A stretch of DNA of 64,000 nucleotides from Microcystaceae cyanobacterium (GTDB lineage Bacteria > Cyanobacteriota > Cyanobacteriia > Cyanobacteriales > Microcystaceae): contig JBGTGT010000084.1 of assembly GCA_041746575.1 (NCBI GenBank), positions 19,269 to 83,268 on the forward strand, read 5' to 3'. Below are positions 1 to 10,595 of this stretch, one piece after another; within the stretch, counting starts at the first letter, position 1, and every line of letters starts with the position of its first letter. A program made the translations under genes and the position numbers. The notes under the pieces were generated by a model that was not told the DNA's origin, searched no databases, and was given only the letters and a program-made list of their open reading frames with translations.

Positions 1-687
1 GCCTCCCAGTAAAATGGTTTTAAATTGAGATAGCCAATTTGTCAATTTGGACTGATTCAGAAAATAAGATAATTGGGTCGGTACAAGGGAAATAAAATAA
101 GAAATAGGATCAAAATCATTGTCCGATTCTGTCTTAATTGATTCAAAAGAAGAAGCAATAAAATCTCCGCCTGAAATAAGCGATCGCACAAACTGCATTA
201 ACCCACCGACGTGATAAAGGGGAAGCACACAAAAACTATTGACATTTTCTAAGGCAAAATAATGGATAAACCCTTGGGCAGAAGTCATTAAAGTTTGCCA
301 ACTATGCATGGTAAAACGAATCTTTCCAGAGGTTCCTCCCGTGGAAATCATAATTGAAGCTTCAGCACAATCAAGGGATTTTTTGGGGAGGTGTAAAAGT
401 TTATTCTGAGGACAATTTCCTAGAATTTGATGAGGTTGAATACAATCAATAATTTGCTTCCATTCAGATAGTTTCCAATTGGGATTTGCCAAAAAAAGTT
501 GGTGATGAGTAGAAGTAATAACGCTAAAATAAGCAAGAAATTGTAAAGGATCTCGTTCTGCTAAAATAATGCGTTGAGTGGGTTGGTTTTCAAAAAAGGG
601 TATCAAGGATTCTACGAGCAGCAATAATGTTTGATAATAAGGGTGTTTTTGGGCGTTTAAACGTAAATAAAACAAAGGTGTATTCAT
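1..687 (-). CDS. menE: 2-succinylbenzoate--CoA ligase (AMP-binding enzyme), 5' part; runs off window start
   Basis: Manual translation from ATG at 687 is open to base 1: MNTPLFYL...IMISTGGTSGKIRFTMHSW (AMP-binding P-loop)...CVLPLYHVGGLMQFVRS...ISLVPTQL...KTILLGG. Not in the supplied ORF track because it is truncated. Confidence 0.85.
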   Translation of the reverse strand, partial: MNTPLFYLRLNAQKHPYYQTLLLLVESLIPFFENQPTQRIILAERDPLQFLAYFSVITSTHHQLFLANPNWKLSEWKQIIDCIQPHQILGNCPQNKLLHLPKKSLDCAEASIMISTGGTSGKIRFTMHSWQTLMTSAQGFIHYFALENVNSFCVLPLYHVGGLMQFVRSLISGGDFIASSFESIKTESDNDFDPISYFISLVPTQLSYFLNQSKLTNWLSQFKTILLGG

Positions 688-845
688 AAGACTGGATCAA
701 GGATATTTTATCGTTCTAGTGATTAATTATTTTACAATATTAAAGAAGAAAAATTAAAATTCTAAAATCTAAAATTACTTGACTTTTTTTGCCTCAAATG
801 GTATGTTTTAAGGAATCGCTGAATATCTTAAAGGTAAGTTATTGT

Positions 846-1652
846 ATGACAGCCGATAGCCATGGAGTCTTCTACGTTGCAGCCGGTAAAAAATATGTTG
901 ACGAAGCTTGCCGTTCTGCACAAAGCCTAAAAACACTTAATGCTTCCTTAAAAATATCAATTGCTTGTAATCAAAACCCAGAAAAAATAGATTTATTTGA
1001 CCAAATTATTCTGGTAGACGAAACGGTAAAATCAAGAAATGAGGGTTTATTATTTAAAACAAAATATTTATACACCCTATCTCCTTACAAAAGAACGCTT
1101 TTTGTCGATACAGACACCTACTTTATTAAAGATGTTGAATCCGGTTTTGCGACATTAGACTATTTTGACGTAGTGACGACTTTATCGATTGCTGATAAAC
1201 ACTATCCGACCTTATCTACTGGACAAAAAATTGATTGTAAACCTGTCAATACAGGAGTCATCTTTTTCCGGAAAAACGAAGCCAATGATCACCTTTTTAA
1301 AGAGTGGTTAAGACTTTATCTAGATAAACTATCACAAAACCCTAACCTTCGGGAGAGCGACCAAACTTCCTTTACCGAATCATTGATGTACGCCGCTTCA
1401 AGATTTTATCCTTTACCAATCGAATGGAACACTCGTTTTTGCTTTATTAATACCTTACAAGAACCCGTCAGAGTTCTTCATGCCCAATCTAAAAATATCG
1501 AAAAAATTGCAAGTCTTATTAATACCGATGCAAACCAGCTCCGAGTCTGGATTCCTCATTTAAATAAATGTATTGTTCATCGTCCTTATAATTGGCGACA
1601 TGCCCTAGGCAAACTCAAAAGTCAATTATTCAACGAGTCGCCCTATTCTTAG
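846..1652 (+). CDS. Putative nucleotide-diphospho-sugar glycosyltransferase (GT-A fold, GT8-like)
   Basis: GVFYVAAG N-terminus, TLFVDTDT (DxD), VNTGVIFF, ESDQ, WNTR and VLH motifs. ATG 846 preferred over TTG 789. Confidence 0.65.
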   Translation: MTADSHGVFYVAAGKKYVDEACRSAQSLKTLNASLKISIACNQNPEKIDLFDQIILVDETVKSRNEGLLFKTKYLYTLSPYKRTLFVDTDTYFIKDVESGFATLDYFDVVTTLSIADKHYPTLSTGQKIDCKPVNTGVIFFRKNEANDHLFKEWLRLYLDKLSQNPNLRESDQTSFTESLMYAASRFYPLPIEWNTRFCFINTLQEPVRVLHAQSKNIEKIASLINTDANQLRVWIPHLNKCIVHRPYNWRHALGKLKSQLFNESPYS

Positions 1653-1660
1653 AAAATTAC

Positions 1661-2248
1661 TTATTTTTTTCGTTCAAAGCGAAAAGGAGAAAGTTGAAAC
1701 CGTTTTCCTGAAACATCGCGCCGTAGATAAGTCCACCAACAATCGAGGGGATAATATAATACGGGTGTCCAAAGACTGCTTAAAATAGCTGAAACAAGGG
1801 AAATTTGCTGATAATTTTGCCAAACTTCTGCAATCGGCCGGGCGTTACTTAAGGTAAATTGTAAGGCGGTAAACGTTTCTGCCATCATGACCATGACAAA
1901 GACGATTAACACCACTGAAATCATCGCTTCTTGAATATAGCGTCGTTGACTGAGCGTGGCAATAAATACGCCCACAATCACTAAGGAAATAACATGGGAT
2001 GGATAAACGCCTGTCAACCCATCTTCAATCAATCCTAAGCTTAATCCAGCGCTAAATCCCTGAAAAACCGTTCGCTTTAAACTCCAACAGACAACCCACA
2101 TTAACACCCAGTTAGGGGCAATTTCCAATAATTCCGTACTGGGAAGGCGACTGAGAGATAATAAAAGACAGAGAAAGGCTGATCCCCCAATGACCAAAAT
2201 ATTGAGGAAATGACGATATTTCAAACATAATTTTGCTAGATTATCCAT
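1661..2248 (-). CDS. mreD: Rod shape-determining protein MreD
   Basis: Hydrophobic 195 aa protein with cyanobacterial MreD-like motifs APNWVLMWVVCWS, GLIEDGLT and LSSLWTP. Confidence 0.75.
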   Translation of the reverse strand: MDNLAKLCLKYRHFLNILVIGGSAFLCLLLSLSRLPSTELLEIAPNWVLMWVVCWSLKRTVFQGFSAGLSLGLIEDGLTGVYPSHVISLVIVGVFIATLSQRRYIQEAMISVVLIVFVMVMMAETFTALQFTLSNARPIAEVWQNYQQISLVSAILSSLWTPVLYYPLDCWWTYLRRDVSGKRFQLSPFRFERKK

Positions 2249-2343
2249 TTTTTATCATCCATTGCTGATGATCGATTATTCTTGTTTAGACCGCTTTAAT
2301 TTGGATTTTCTGCTTTACCTCCTGCCGCTTCTGAGTCACTTCT

Positions 2344-2943
2344 TTAAACATTATGTCGGCTTGTTCTTTCATGTTGAGGACGACAAGGATTTCCCCAAGC
2401 GACTTGGTTTTCGGGAATATCCTTAAAAACACTGCTTCTTGCTCCAATTACTGAATTTGCCCCAATAATAACCCCTAACCCAATAAAGCAGTCTGTTGCT
2501 ATCCACGCTCCATTACCAATCGTAATCGGGGCAGTTTTTAGGCGGAAGGCGATGTCTTCAAAATCGTGACTTCCTGTACAAAGATAGCAGTCTTGAGAAA
2601 TGACGCATTGGGAGCCAATTTTAATCTGATCTAAACTGTAGAAAACCACATCATCCCCAATCCAACTATAGTCGCCAATTTCTACTTTCCAAGGATAGGT
2701 GAAACGGGCAGTAGGGCGAATCCTGACCTCTTTTCCCAGTTTTGCGCCAAATAACCGCAATAACGCACAACGGAAACCGTGGGCATTGTGCAGACTCAAC
2801 GGAAAAGCGATCGCTTGTACGAACCACCACAGTAAAATCATTCCCCCACCACGACCCCGATTAAACCAAGATTGGTCATATTGACGCAAATCTCGCCACG
2901 GTTCAGCATCTACAACGGGAGAAACGGGTTTAAGCTTATCCAT
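2344..2943 (-). CDS. hpsU: WcaF-family polysaccharide acetyltransferase (HpsU-like)
   Basis: DLRQYDQSWFNRGR, LLRLFGAKLG, ARFTYPWKV, hexapeptide repeats, LCTGSHD and GNPC. Confidence 0.75.
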   Translation of the reverse strand: MDKLKPVSPVVDAEPWRDLRQYDQSWFNRGRGGGMILLWWFVQAIAFPLSLHNAHGFRCALLRLFGAKLGKEVRIRPTARFTYPWKVEIGDYSWIGDDVVFYSLDQIKIGSQCVISQDCYLCTGSHDFEDIAFRLKTAPITIGNGAWIATDCFIGLGVIIGANSVIGARSSVFKDIPENQVAWGNPCRPQHERTSRHNV

Positions 2944-3892
2944 TGATGTTGGTGAGTTCGGGTTGAGTAGAAGAAGGATTGGCGATTTCTGGGGGCTTTT
3001 TGTCGGACTGGACGTTTAATTGTCCGCCAAATTGACGCAATTCGTATAATTTTACGCCGATTTGATATTCGTACTGACTCAGCAGACGGGCATAAATATA
3101 CCCCGGAATCCCGTCTAAAAAGCCTAAGCGGATGACATAGAATAAAATGAAGCGCAATAGAGGCTTAAAAGGCAATTTGACCCAAATTCTCTTTAAAAAT
3201 CGCTTACGTTGTACCGAATCTCCCCATAAATTTGCGCCAATGGTTCCCTCGTCGCCTTGTCCGGTTAAAAGATTGTAATAAACTCTGGCTTCCCAATTAG
3301 AATAGCGATTATGGCGTTGTAACCAATGATAAATATCCCTAAAATCAATATGAAGCATATCTTCTTTGAGATAGCCCGATTTTCCTTCTAGAACAACGTG
3401 TTCATGCACTTCATTATCCCCAGTATTGGGAATGTCTTCGGTGTGTAGGTTTTCATAACGCCCTAAGCGATGACGAAAGAGACGTAAATTCCAATCAGGA
3501 TATTTTCCCCCGTGACGAATCCATTTTCCCAGAAAAAAGACTCTTCGATTGAGGTAATAGCCATTATATTCAGAATTTTGGATTACGGTCGCCATTTCTT
3601 GCCAGAGTTCGGGGGGAATGCGTTCATCACAATCGACAATTAAAATCCATTCATGGCGGAAGGGTAGATTATCCAACGACCAGTTTTTCTTTTTGGGCCA
3701 ACGGCCGTTAAAATTAAATTGAACGACTTTTGCACCATAAGACTGAGCAATTTCAATGGAGCGATCGTTACTATGAGAATCAACCACAAAGACTTCATCT
3801 GCTTGTGCGACACTTTCTAAACAAGCAGGAAGATTAGCCTCCTCGTTTTTAGCGGGAATGAGGACAGAGATAGGGATTTTTGGTGATATCAT
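2936..3892 (-). CDS. Glycosyltransferase family 2
   Basis: ISVLIPAKNEE, VVDSHSND, IVDCDE and EVHEH motifs. Stop overlaps the hpsU-like start (translational coupling). Confidence 0.9.
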   Translation of the reverse strand: MISPKIPISVLIPAKNEEANLPACLESVAQADEVFVVDSHSNDRSIEIAQSYGAKVVQFNFNGRWPKKKNWSLDNLPFRHEWILIVDCDERIPPELWQEMATVIQNSEYNGYYLNRRVFFLGKWIRHGGKYPDWNLRLFRHRLGRYENLHTEDIPNTGDNEVHEHVVLEGKSGYLKEDMLHIDFRDIYHWLQRHNRYSNWEARVYYNLLTGQGDEGTIGANLWGDSVQRKRFLKRIWVKLPFKPLLRFILFYVIRLGFLDGIPGYIYARLLSQYEYQIGVKLYELRQFGGQLNVQSDKKPPEIANPSSTQPELTNING

Positions 3893-4194
3893 AGGATTTA
3901 TACGGGGACTTATTCAGCCTGAATAAAGTATTTATAAAATTGTGCTAGGTTGGTTTGCAGTTTACCATCTTAAGCTGTGGGTTAGCACGCTCAATCGAAA
4001 CAAATTCTTGAGATTCCTCCTTTCTTCTCTTATCCAAGGCCTCAGTAAAAAGACTTAAGGAAATCTGAAATTCTTTCAAGAAAATCAAAATAAAGGCTTA
4101 AAGATAACAATAAGGCGATATTCTAGAAACAGGAGATACAGTCCATTTAACTTAAAAATTAGCAACGCAACTTAACGAAGGAGTGTTGAGACCA

Positions 4195-4926
4195 TTGGAA
4201 ACCCATAAAGAAACCATACTCGTTGTCGATGATGAAGCCAGCATTCGGCGCATCCTAGAAACCCGTCTCTCCATGATTGGCTATGATGTCGTGACGGCGG
4301 CTGACGGAGAAGAAGCCTTGGAGATTTTCCATCAATCTTGCCCTGATTTGGTGGTTCTCGATGTCATGATGCCAAAATTAGATGGCTACGGTGTGTGCCA
4401 AGAACTGAGAAAAGAGTCAGACATTCCCATTATCATGCTAACGGCTTTAGGCGATGTCGCTGATCGCATTACGGGTTTAGAATTAGGAGCCGATGACTAT
4501 GTCGTCAAACCCTTTTCGCCGAAAGAACTCGAAGCGAGAATTCGGTCGGTTTTACGACGCGTGGAAAAAAACGGTGCACCCGGTATCCCTAGTTCGGGCG
4601 TAATTACGGTGGCAACCATTAGGATTGACACAAATAAACGCCAAGTTTACAAAGGAGATGAGCGAATTCGCCTTACAGGGATGGAATTTAGTCTTTTAGA
4701 ATTACTGGTGAGTCGTTCGGGGGAACCCTTCTCGCGTTCTGAAATTCTGCAAGAGGTTTGGGGTTATACGCCTGAACGTCATGTAGATACTAGGGTCGTA
4801 GATGTTCATATTTCTCGCTTAAGAGCGAAATTAGAGCAAGATCCGAGTAATCCCGAATTAATTCTCACTGCTAGAGGAACAGGATATCTTTTTCAACGGA
4901 TCTTAGAGCCGGGAGAAGAACCTTAA
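4195..4926 (+). CDS. rpaB: OmpR-family response regulator RpaB (Ycf27)
   Basis: ILVVDDEASIRRILETRLSMIGYDV...WGYTPERHVDTRVVDVHISRLR is the highly conserved RpaB sequence. TTG 4195 (METHKE) matches homolog N-termini; AAGGAG lies upstream. Confidence 0.95.
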   Translation: METHKETILVVDDEASIRRILETRLSMIGYDVVTAADGEEALEIFHQSCPDLVVLDVMMPKLDGYGVCQELRKESDIPIIMLTALGDVADRITGLELGADDYVVKPFSPKELEARIRSVLRRVEKNGAPGIPSSGVITVATIRIDTNKRQVYKGDERIRLTGMEFSLLELLVSRSGEPFSRSEILQEVWGYTPERHVDTRVVDVHISRLRAKLEQDPSNPELILTARGTGYLFQRILEPGEEP

Positions 4927-4952
4927 CGGAGGGATAAATTTTAGGATAGGAT

Positions 4953-5606
4953 ATGGCAAAGTCTGATCCTGATCGGGTAGTTCGATGGTTACCGTTTATG
5001 GTGGGAGGCATTGGGGGGACTTTTCTGCTCATTAACCGCCTCTCAACGGTTCAAATTACCGACTCTCAAGCTCGCTCGGATGTGGTGGGGGTAATTCTTT
5101 GCGGTTTTATGCTGTTGATTGGGCTAATTTGGCAAAGGATACAGCCGAAAAACCCTGATACCGTCACCTTAATCGGTGAACAAGGCTTAGAATGGCATGA
5201 AAGCTTGCCAGAATCTTTCAAAACGGAACTGGCTTGGGCTTCTCATTTGTTATTGACGAATACGGTTACAAAGTCTCTCGTGATTTATTATCAGGGGAAA
5301 ACTTTATTAAGACGGGGAATTTTAGGGGAAAAGCGTCATGTTACCCCCGGAATAATTGTCAATCGCGTTTTATCCACTGCCAAGCCAATTTATCTGGTTG
5401 ATCTTAACCTGTATCCGGGGCGAGTGGAATTTGACTATTTACCTGTTAACACACAAGGAGTGATTTGTCAACCCATTGGTCAAGAAGGTGTTATGATATT
5501 GGGAGCAAATTCTCCCCGAAGTTATACCAAACAAGATGAAGTGTGGATTGAGGGAATTGCTGATAAACTAGCGAATAGTTTGGACTTATACCATCAGTCG
5601 CAATAA
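4953..5606 (+). CDS. Cofactor assembly of complex C subunit B (CCB2/CCB4 family)
   Basis: Two N-terminal TM helices, ELAWASHLLLTNT, YPGRVEFDYLP and PRSYTKQDE. Usual position downstream of rpaB. Confidence 0.8.
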   Translation: MAKSDPDRVVRWLPFMVGGIGGTFLLINRLSTVQITDSQARSDVVGVILCGFMLLIGLIWQRIQPKNPDTVTLIGEQGLEWHESLPESFKTELAWASHLLLTNTVTKSLVIYYQGKTLLRRGILGEKRHVTPGIIVNRVLSTAKPIYLVDLNLYPGRVEFDYLPVNTQGVICQPIGQEGVMILGANSPRSYTKQDEVWIEGIADKLANSLDLYHQSQ

Positions 5607-5735
5607 ATTGTGAAAATAAAAACGGGCAAGATATCTGTGGTATTTGTTTACAAAGAACTAAAATTTGCTCTACAAGGTTTTATACGCTAAACGCTTTACT
5701 GATTACTTAATGAGTTTCGCTTTAAAAGTTTAAAA

Positions 5736-6332
5736 ATGACGTTATTACCCGAACCTTCTCAACCCATTCTATCAGAAACAGTCGCTAGAGTATCCCATAA
5801 TGATACCCATTGGCAATCGGTTGGAGCGTCAAGGTTTTATTATTTTGCCTACGGTTCTTGTATGTGTCCCGTAGATTTAAAAAGAACGTTAAAAGAAAAT
5901 ACTCATCATTATGTGGTGGGAACAGGCATTTTGCAAGGTTATCGTTTAGGGTTTTATCGTCATTCTCAAAAGCGGAATTGTGGCGTATTAGACATCATTC
6001 CTGATGTCAATTCTCAGGTTGAAGGGGTGTTGTATCTATTACCATGGCGACTCAGTGAGTTATTAGATGAGCGCGAAGAAATTCCCCATAATGGTTATCG
6101 TCATGAGTATGTTGAGATTCAGTGTCAAGATCAAGTATATAATCCTGTCCGTACTTATGTGGTTGTTCATAAATTAACCGAAGAACTTGCACCCGATGAT
6201 TGGTATTTTAATGTCGTTTTACGGGGAGCAATTACGGGTGGTTTATCCGAAGAATATTGTTGGAATTTATTTAATCATATGTATCAACTGCAATTGAAAC
6301 AATTAAAACATCAATGGAATTTTAAATATTAG
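5736..6332 (+). CDS. Gamma-glutamylcyclotransferase (AIG2-like) family protein
   Basis: YYFAYGSCM, VEGVLY and LDEREE motifs. Confidence 0.85.
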   Translation: MTLLPEPSQPILSETVARVSHNDTHWQSVGASRFYYFAYGSCMCPVDLKRTLKENTHHYVVGTGILQGYRLGFYRHSQKRNCGVLDIIPDVNSQVEGVLYLLPWRLSELLDEREEIPHNGYRHEYVEIQCQDQVYNPVRTYVVVHKLTEELAPDDWYFNVVLRGAITGGLSEEYCWNLFNHMYQLQLKQLKHQWNFKY

Positions 6333-6335
6333 GGT

Positions 6336-7274
6336 TTAATCGGGATTAGCGCAATACCAATCAATCGTATTTTTTAAACCCTCTTTGAAGGAAACTTCTG
6401 CTACAAAACCAAAACGTTCTTTCGCTTTTGTGGTATCTAAACAGCGTCGGGGCTGACCGTTGGGTTTATCGGTTTCCCAGATAATTTCCCCTTCAAATTC
6501 CATTAATTTACAGATAAGTTCGACTAAATCTTTAATCGAAATCTCATAATTTGTACCGAGATTAATGGGGTCTGATTCATCGTATTTCTGTGTTCCCATG
6601 ACAATACCTCGCGCGGCATCAGTTGAGTAAAGAAATTCGCGGGTTGGACTGCCATCTCCCCAAACGGGAAGGGTTTTATCACCTCGTTGTTGGGCTTCAT
6701 AAACCTTGCGGATTAAAGCGGGAATGACGTGAGAACTCTGGGGGTTGAAATTATCCTCAGGCCCGTATAAATTGACAGGAAGCAAGTAAATGCCGTTAAA
6801 TCCATATTGCTGGCGATAGGATTGTAATTGTACCAGTAAGGCTTTTTTGGCAATGCCGTAGGGAGCGTTGGTTTCTTCTGGATACCCTTGCCATAAATCC
6901 TCTTCTTTGAAAGGAACAGGAGTAAACTTGGGATAAGCGCAAATTGTACCGACACAGACGAATTTTTTGACCCCTGCTTGATAAGCCGCATGAATTAACT
7001 GAGTACCCATCATGAGATTATCGTAGAATAATTCGGCTGGTTTTTCTCGATTTAAGCCAATTCCGCCGACATGAGCCGCTAAATGAATGATAATGTCCTG
7101 TTGTTCTGCCAATCGCTGACAATTTTCCAGCACTCGGAGGTCACAATCTTGGGAACGGGGAATCGTAATCTTATCGGGATTTGCTCCTGCTTGGTGAAGT
7201 TGTCGAACAACTTGTTTTCCCAAAAAACCGGCACCACCCGTAACAACCATGCGTTTATTGCTTAAATCCAACAT
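6336..7274 (-). CDS. fcl: GDP-L-fucose synthase
   Basis: [23 protein letters not shown] and [10 protein letters not shown]; lies downstream of gmd. Confidence 0.93.
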   Translation of the reverse strand: MLDLSNKRMVVTGGAGFLGKQVVRQLHQAGANPDKITIPRSQDCDLRVLENCQRLAEQQDIIIHLAAHVGGIGLNREKPAELFYDNLMMGTQLIHAAYQAGVKKFVCVGTICAYPKFTPVPFKEEDLWQGYPEETNAPYGIAKKALLVQLQSYRQQYGFNGIYLLPVNLYGPEDNFNPQSSHVIPALIRKVYEAQQRGDKTLPVWGDGSPTREFLYSTDAARGIVMGTQKYDESDPINLGTNYEISIKDLVELICKLMEFEGEIIWETDKPNGQPRRCLDTTKAKERFGFVAEVSFKEGLKNTIDWYCANPD

Positions 7275-7400
7275 AATAGTCCTTATTTATAGGAATTACC
7301 CGTAAAACCAGCTGTCAGTGACAACAATTACCAACGATAAGCCGTTATAGGATTAATTGTTAATCATAGATCACTGATTACGGGTTACTGATGACTAAAA

Positions 7401-8492
7401 TTAATCTACCATCATACTCATCGGCTGGCGCACATAGGCGTTATCCGAGTGTTTCAAGGAAGTATTATGGGCTGAAGTGTTATTGGGAGATGTCATACCC
7501 AAAGCTGCCAAGTCAGCATTCACCATCAATTTGACTAATCCTTCAAAGGTTACCGTCGGTTCCCATCCTAATTGGACTTTCGCTTTGGTGGGGTCACCAA
7601 TTAGTAAATCTACTTCTGTCGGACGAAGATAGCGGGCATCAAACGCCACATAATCTTCCCAGTTGAGATTAACGTAATTAAAGGCAATATCCAAAAATTC
7701 GCGAATCGAGTAGGTTTCTCCGGTGGCAATGACATAGTCATCCGCTTTATCTTCTTGGAGCATTAGCCACATCGCCCGTACGTAGTCTTTGGCGTAACCC
7801 CAATCTCGCTTAGAATCTAGATTCCCTAAATAAAGCTTTTTCTGATGACCGGCAATAATACGGGCTAAAGCACGGGTAACTTTACGAGTGACAAAGGTTT
7901 CGCCGCGACGAGGGGATTCATGGTTAAATAAAATGCCATTACAGGCAAATAAGTCAAAAGATTCGCGATAATTAATCGTTTGCCAGTGGGCATACACCTT
8001 AGCACAGGCGTAAGGACTGCGGGGATAGAAGGGGGTGGTTTCTTTTTGGGGGATTTCTTGGACTTTACCGAACATTTCCGAAGAACCCGCCTGATAGTAA
8101 CGGACTTCAATTCCGGTGCGTTGTTGGTAATCCCGAACGGCTTCTAAAATCCGTAATGCCCCCATGCCAACGGAATCTACCGTATATTCAGGGGAATCAA
8201 AACTCACTCGAACATGAGATTGCGCCCCTAAGTTATAGATTTCGTAAGGTTTAACATCCTCTAAAATGCGTCGAAGGGTGGTGCCATCAGTTAAGTCTCC
8301 ATAATGGAGGAACAGTCTGGCATTTTCTTGATGAGGGTCGATATAGATATGATCAATACGGTCTGTGTTAAACGTGGAGGTTCGGCGGATAATACCGTGA
8401 ACTTCATAGCCTTTTTCTAATAATAATTCACTTAAATACGATCCGTCTTGACCGGTAATTCCCGTAATGAGCGCACGTTTACGATCTGTCAT
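7401..8492 (-). CDS. gmd: GDP-mannose 4,6-dehydratase
   Basis: [30 protein letters not shown] and [15 protein letters not shown]. Confidence 0.97.
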   Translation of the reverse strand: MTDRKRALITGITGQDGSYLSELLLEKGYEVHGIIRRTSTFNTDRIDHIYIDPHQENARLFLHYGDLTDGTTLRRILEDVKPYEIYNLGAQSHVRVSFDSPEYTVDSVGMGALRILEAVRDYQQRTGIEVRYYQAGSSEMFGKVQEIPQKETTPFYPRSPYACAKVYAHWQTINYRESFDLFACNGILFNHESPRRGETFVTRKVTRALARIIAGHQKKLYLGNLDSKRDWGYAKDYVRAMWLMLQEDKADDYVIATGETYSIREFLDIAFNYVNLNWEDYVAFDARYLRPTEVDLLIGDPTKAKVQLGWEPTVTFEGLVKLMVNADLAALGMTSPNNTSAHNTSLKHSDNAYVRQPMSMMVD

Positions 8493-8545
8493 TTTTAAGG
8501 GTCCTATGAATGTTCTAAGTCTAATTTTAGGTAGGATATTTAGAG

Positions 8546-8563
8546 ATTGTAAAGTAGTGTAAC
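8546..8563 (-). promoter_or_regulatory. HLR1-like RpaB-binding direct repeat upstream of gmd
   Basis: Minus strand GTTACACT-ac-TTTACAAT against consensus (G/T)TTACA(T/A)(T/A)-N2-(G/T)TTACA(T/A)(T/A), 1 mismatch; contains -10-like TACAAT/TACACT. Confidence 0.5.
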
Positions 8564-8643
8564 TTAATTTGTCCGTTTGGGGAATCAGAGATTTTAAGGT
8601 AGTCTCAAAATTAACCCCAAAAAAGTCTCATTTCACACTAACT

Positions 8644-9582
8644 TTAAAACGACTTGCGTCTAGGAACTTCGTAAGTCAAAAAATCCTTGGCTAAAAATGT
8701 ATTCGGGAAAATTGCTTTGGCTTCCTCTAATAAATTTTCGAGTTGAAGCGCATTGCCTGGCGCATAGCGGGGGCTAAAATGGGTCATAATCAATTGTTTG
8801 ACCCCAGCTAACAGGGCAACTTGGGCGGCCATGGTTGAAGTGGAGTGTAACCGTTCAAAGGCTAATTCTGCATCTTGATGGGCAAAGGTGGCTTCGTGAA
8901 TTAGCACATCTGCCCCTTGAGACAGTTGAACCGCTTCTTCACAAAAGACTGTATCTGTACAATAAACGACCTTGCGGCCAATTTCGGGGTCACCGCATAA
9001 ATCTTGACCTCGGATGCGTCGTCCGTCTTCAAGCGTTACCGTTTCTCCCTTTTTTAAGCGTCCATAAATGGGCCCCGGTGCGATGCCTAAGTCCGTCGCT
9101 TTTTCGAGCTTAAAATGACCGGGACGGTCTTTCTCGGTAATGCGATAGCCAAAAGCCGGCACTCGATGCTTTAATAAGCTACAACTGACCTGAAATTCTT
9201 CATCTTCGTATAATATCCCTGATTCTACCGTATGCACTTGAATCCGGTGAGAAAGATAGAGATGAGAATATTTGGCACACGCCTTGATATAGTCTTCTAA
9301 GCCCGACGGGCCGTATATTGTAATCAGTTGACCACTTCCGGCTAAACCGCAACTAGCCAGCAACCCCATTAGTCCAAAAATATGGTCACCGTGGGTATGG
9401 GTAATGAAAATTCGACTTAATTGGGAGATTTTTAGGTCACTGCGCAGAAATTGATGTTGTGTTCCTTCACCACAATCAAATAACCACAATTCCGCCCGTT
9501 GGGGAAGACGCAGCGCAACACTAGAGACATTTCTGGAACGAGTAGGGACACCAGAACTGGTGCCTAAAAAGGTGATTTCCAC
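8644..9582 (-). CDS. rnz: Ribonuclease Z
   Basis: [26 protein letters not shown] (HxHxDH), HEATF and THFSPRY. Confidence 0.96.
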   Translation of the reverse strand: MEITFLGTSSGVPTRSRNVSSVALRLPQRAELWLFDCGEGTQHQFLRSDLKISQLSRIFITHTHGDHIFGLMGLLASCGLAGSGQLITIYGPSGLEDYIKACAKYSHLYLSHRIQVHTVESGILYEDEEFQVSCSLLKHRVPAFGYRITEKDRPGHFKLEKATDLGIAPGPIYGRLKKGETVTLEDGRRIRGQDLCGDPEIGRKVVYCTDTVFCEEAVQLSQGADVLIHEATFAHQDAELAFERLHSTSTMAAQVALLAGVKQLIMTHFSPRYAPGNALQLENLLEEAKAIFPNTFLAKDFLTYEVPRRKSF

Positions 9583-9729
9583 GCTGTTTTTTGGGTTCTA
9601 TCCATGTATTTTCATTTTGACACACAGTCACTCGAGTGACCAGTCATCAAGAGCAATTTCCGTTAATCTCACTGGAGTTCGGCTTAAAAAAAACGGGTAA
9701 AGATTAGGTTTTAGGGGTAAGGGATGAAG

Positions 9730-10323
9730 TTAATCTAACTCTCTGCGCCCTTCTAAGGCTCTCGCTAAGGTAATCTCATCAGCATATTCTAAATCGCCTC
9801 CCATCGGCAAACCGAAGGCGATACGAGTGACTTTCGTAAACGGCTTCAACAATTGACCAATGTACAAGGTTGTCGTATCTCCCTCCACCGTCGGACTGAT
9901 GGCCAGTATCACTTCTTGCACCCTCTCCTTACTCACTCGTCGAACAAGAGGCTGAATGCTTAACTGTTCGGGACTAATGCCATCCATCGGCGAGATAACT
10001 CCCCCTAAGACATGATATCTCCCTTTATATTCTCTGGTTTTCTCAAGCGCAATAACATCGCGGGAGTCTGTCACGACGCACAGGGTTGTTTGCTCTCGAT
10101 TAGGATTACGACAAATTTCACAAATAGGGTCGGCCGATAAATGGTAGCACACCTTACAAAATCCGACCTGTTTTTTCGCCGCCACTATTGCGCTTGCAAG
10201 GTCTTCAACTTCTTTTTCAGGACGTTTGAGAATGTGTAAAGCAAGTCTTTGGGCTGTTTTTGGACCGACTCCGGGTAAACGTTGCAATTGCTCAATCAGA
10301 CGGGCTAAAGGGGGCGTATAAAT
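9730..10323 (-). CDS. recR: Recombination mediator RecR (probable ATT start at 10323)
   Basis: [13 protein letters not shown]hH, C4 zinc finger, Toprim, GGDLEYAD. The conserved N-terminus [11 protein letters not shown] lies upstream of the called TTG 10287 and follows an in-frame ATT with AAGGAG just before it. Confidence 0.93.
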   Translation of the reverse strand: MYTPPLARLIEQLQRLPGVGPKTAQRLALHILKRPEKEVEDLASAIVAAKKQVGFCKVCYHLSADPICEICRNPNREQTTLCVVTDSRDVIALEKTREYKGRYHVLGGVISPMDGISPEQLSIQPLVRRVSKERVQEVILAISPTVEGDTTTLYIGQLLKPFTKVTRIAFGLPMGGDLEYADEITLARALEGRRELD

Positions 10324-10595
10324 TGTAGATTCTCCTTCATTGAATAACCTTCTTTTAGTTTAACCGTTTTAAGGAAGTCGAGATTTAATTATTATGATAA
10401 ATGTTAGATCAATGTTTTTTTATTTCTAATCTCTTTTAGGAAAAAATGCTAAATAGGTTTCTTCCAACTAATTGTTCTCAAGGCATTTGATGAATCTAAA
10501 TTACCGTAAAACATGAAGAAAGATAAATTTTCTCGATCCAAATTCTTGAAAATTGTCTATCGTAGTAAATAACGGTCAAATCCTAGGAGATAATC

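Noticed and set aside
5640..5651. GTA...TAC upstream of the GGCT gene as an NtcA site
   Set aside because: Spacing is N6, not the required GTA-N8-TAC.
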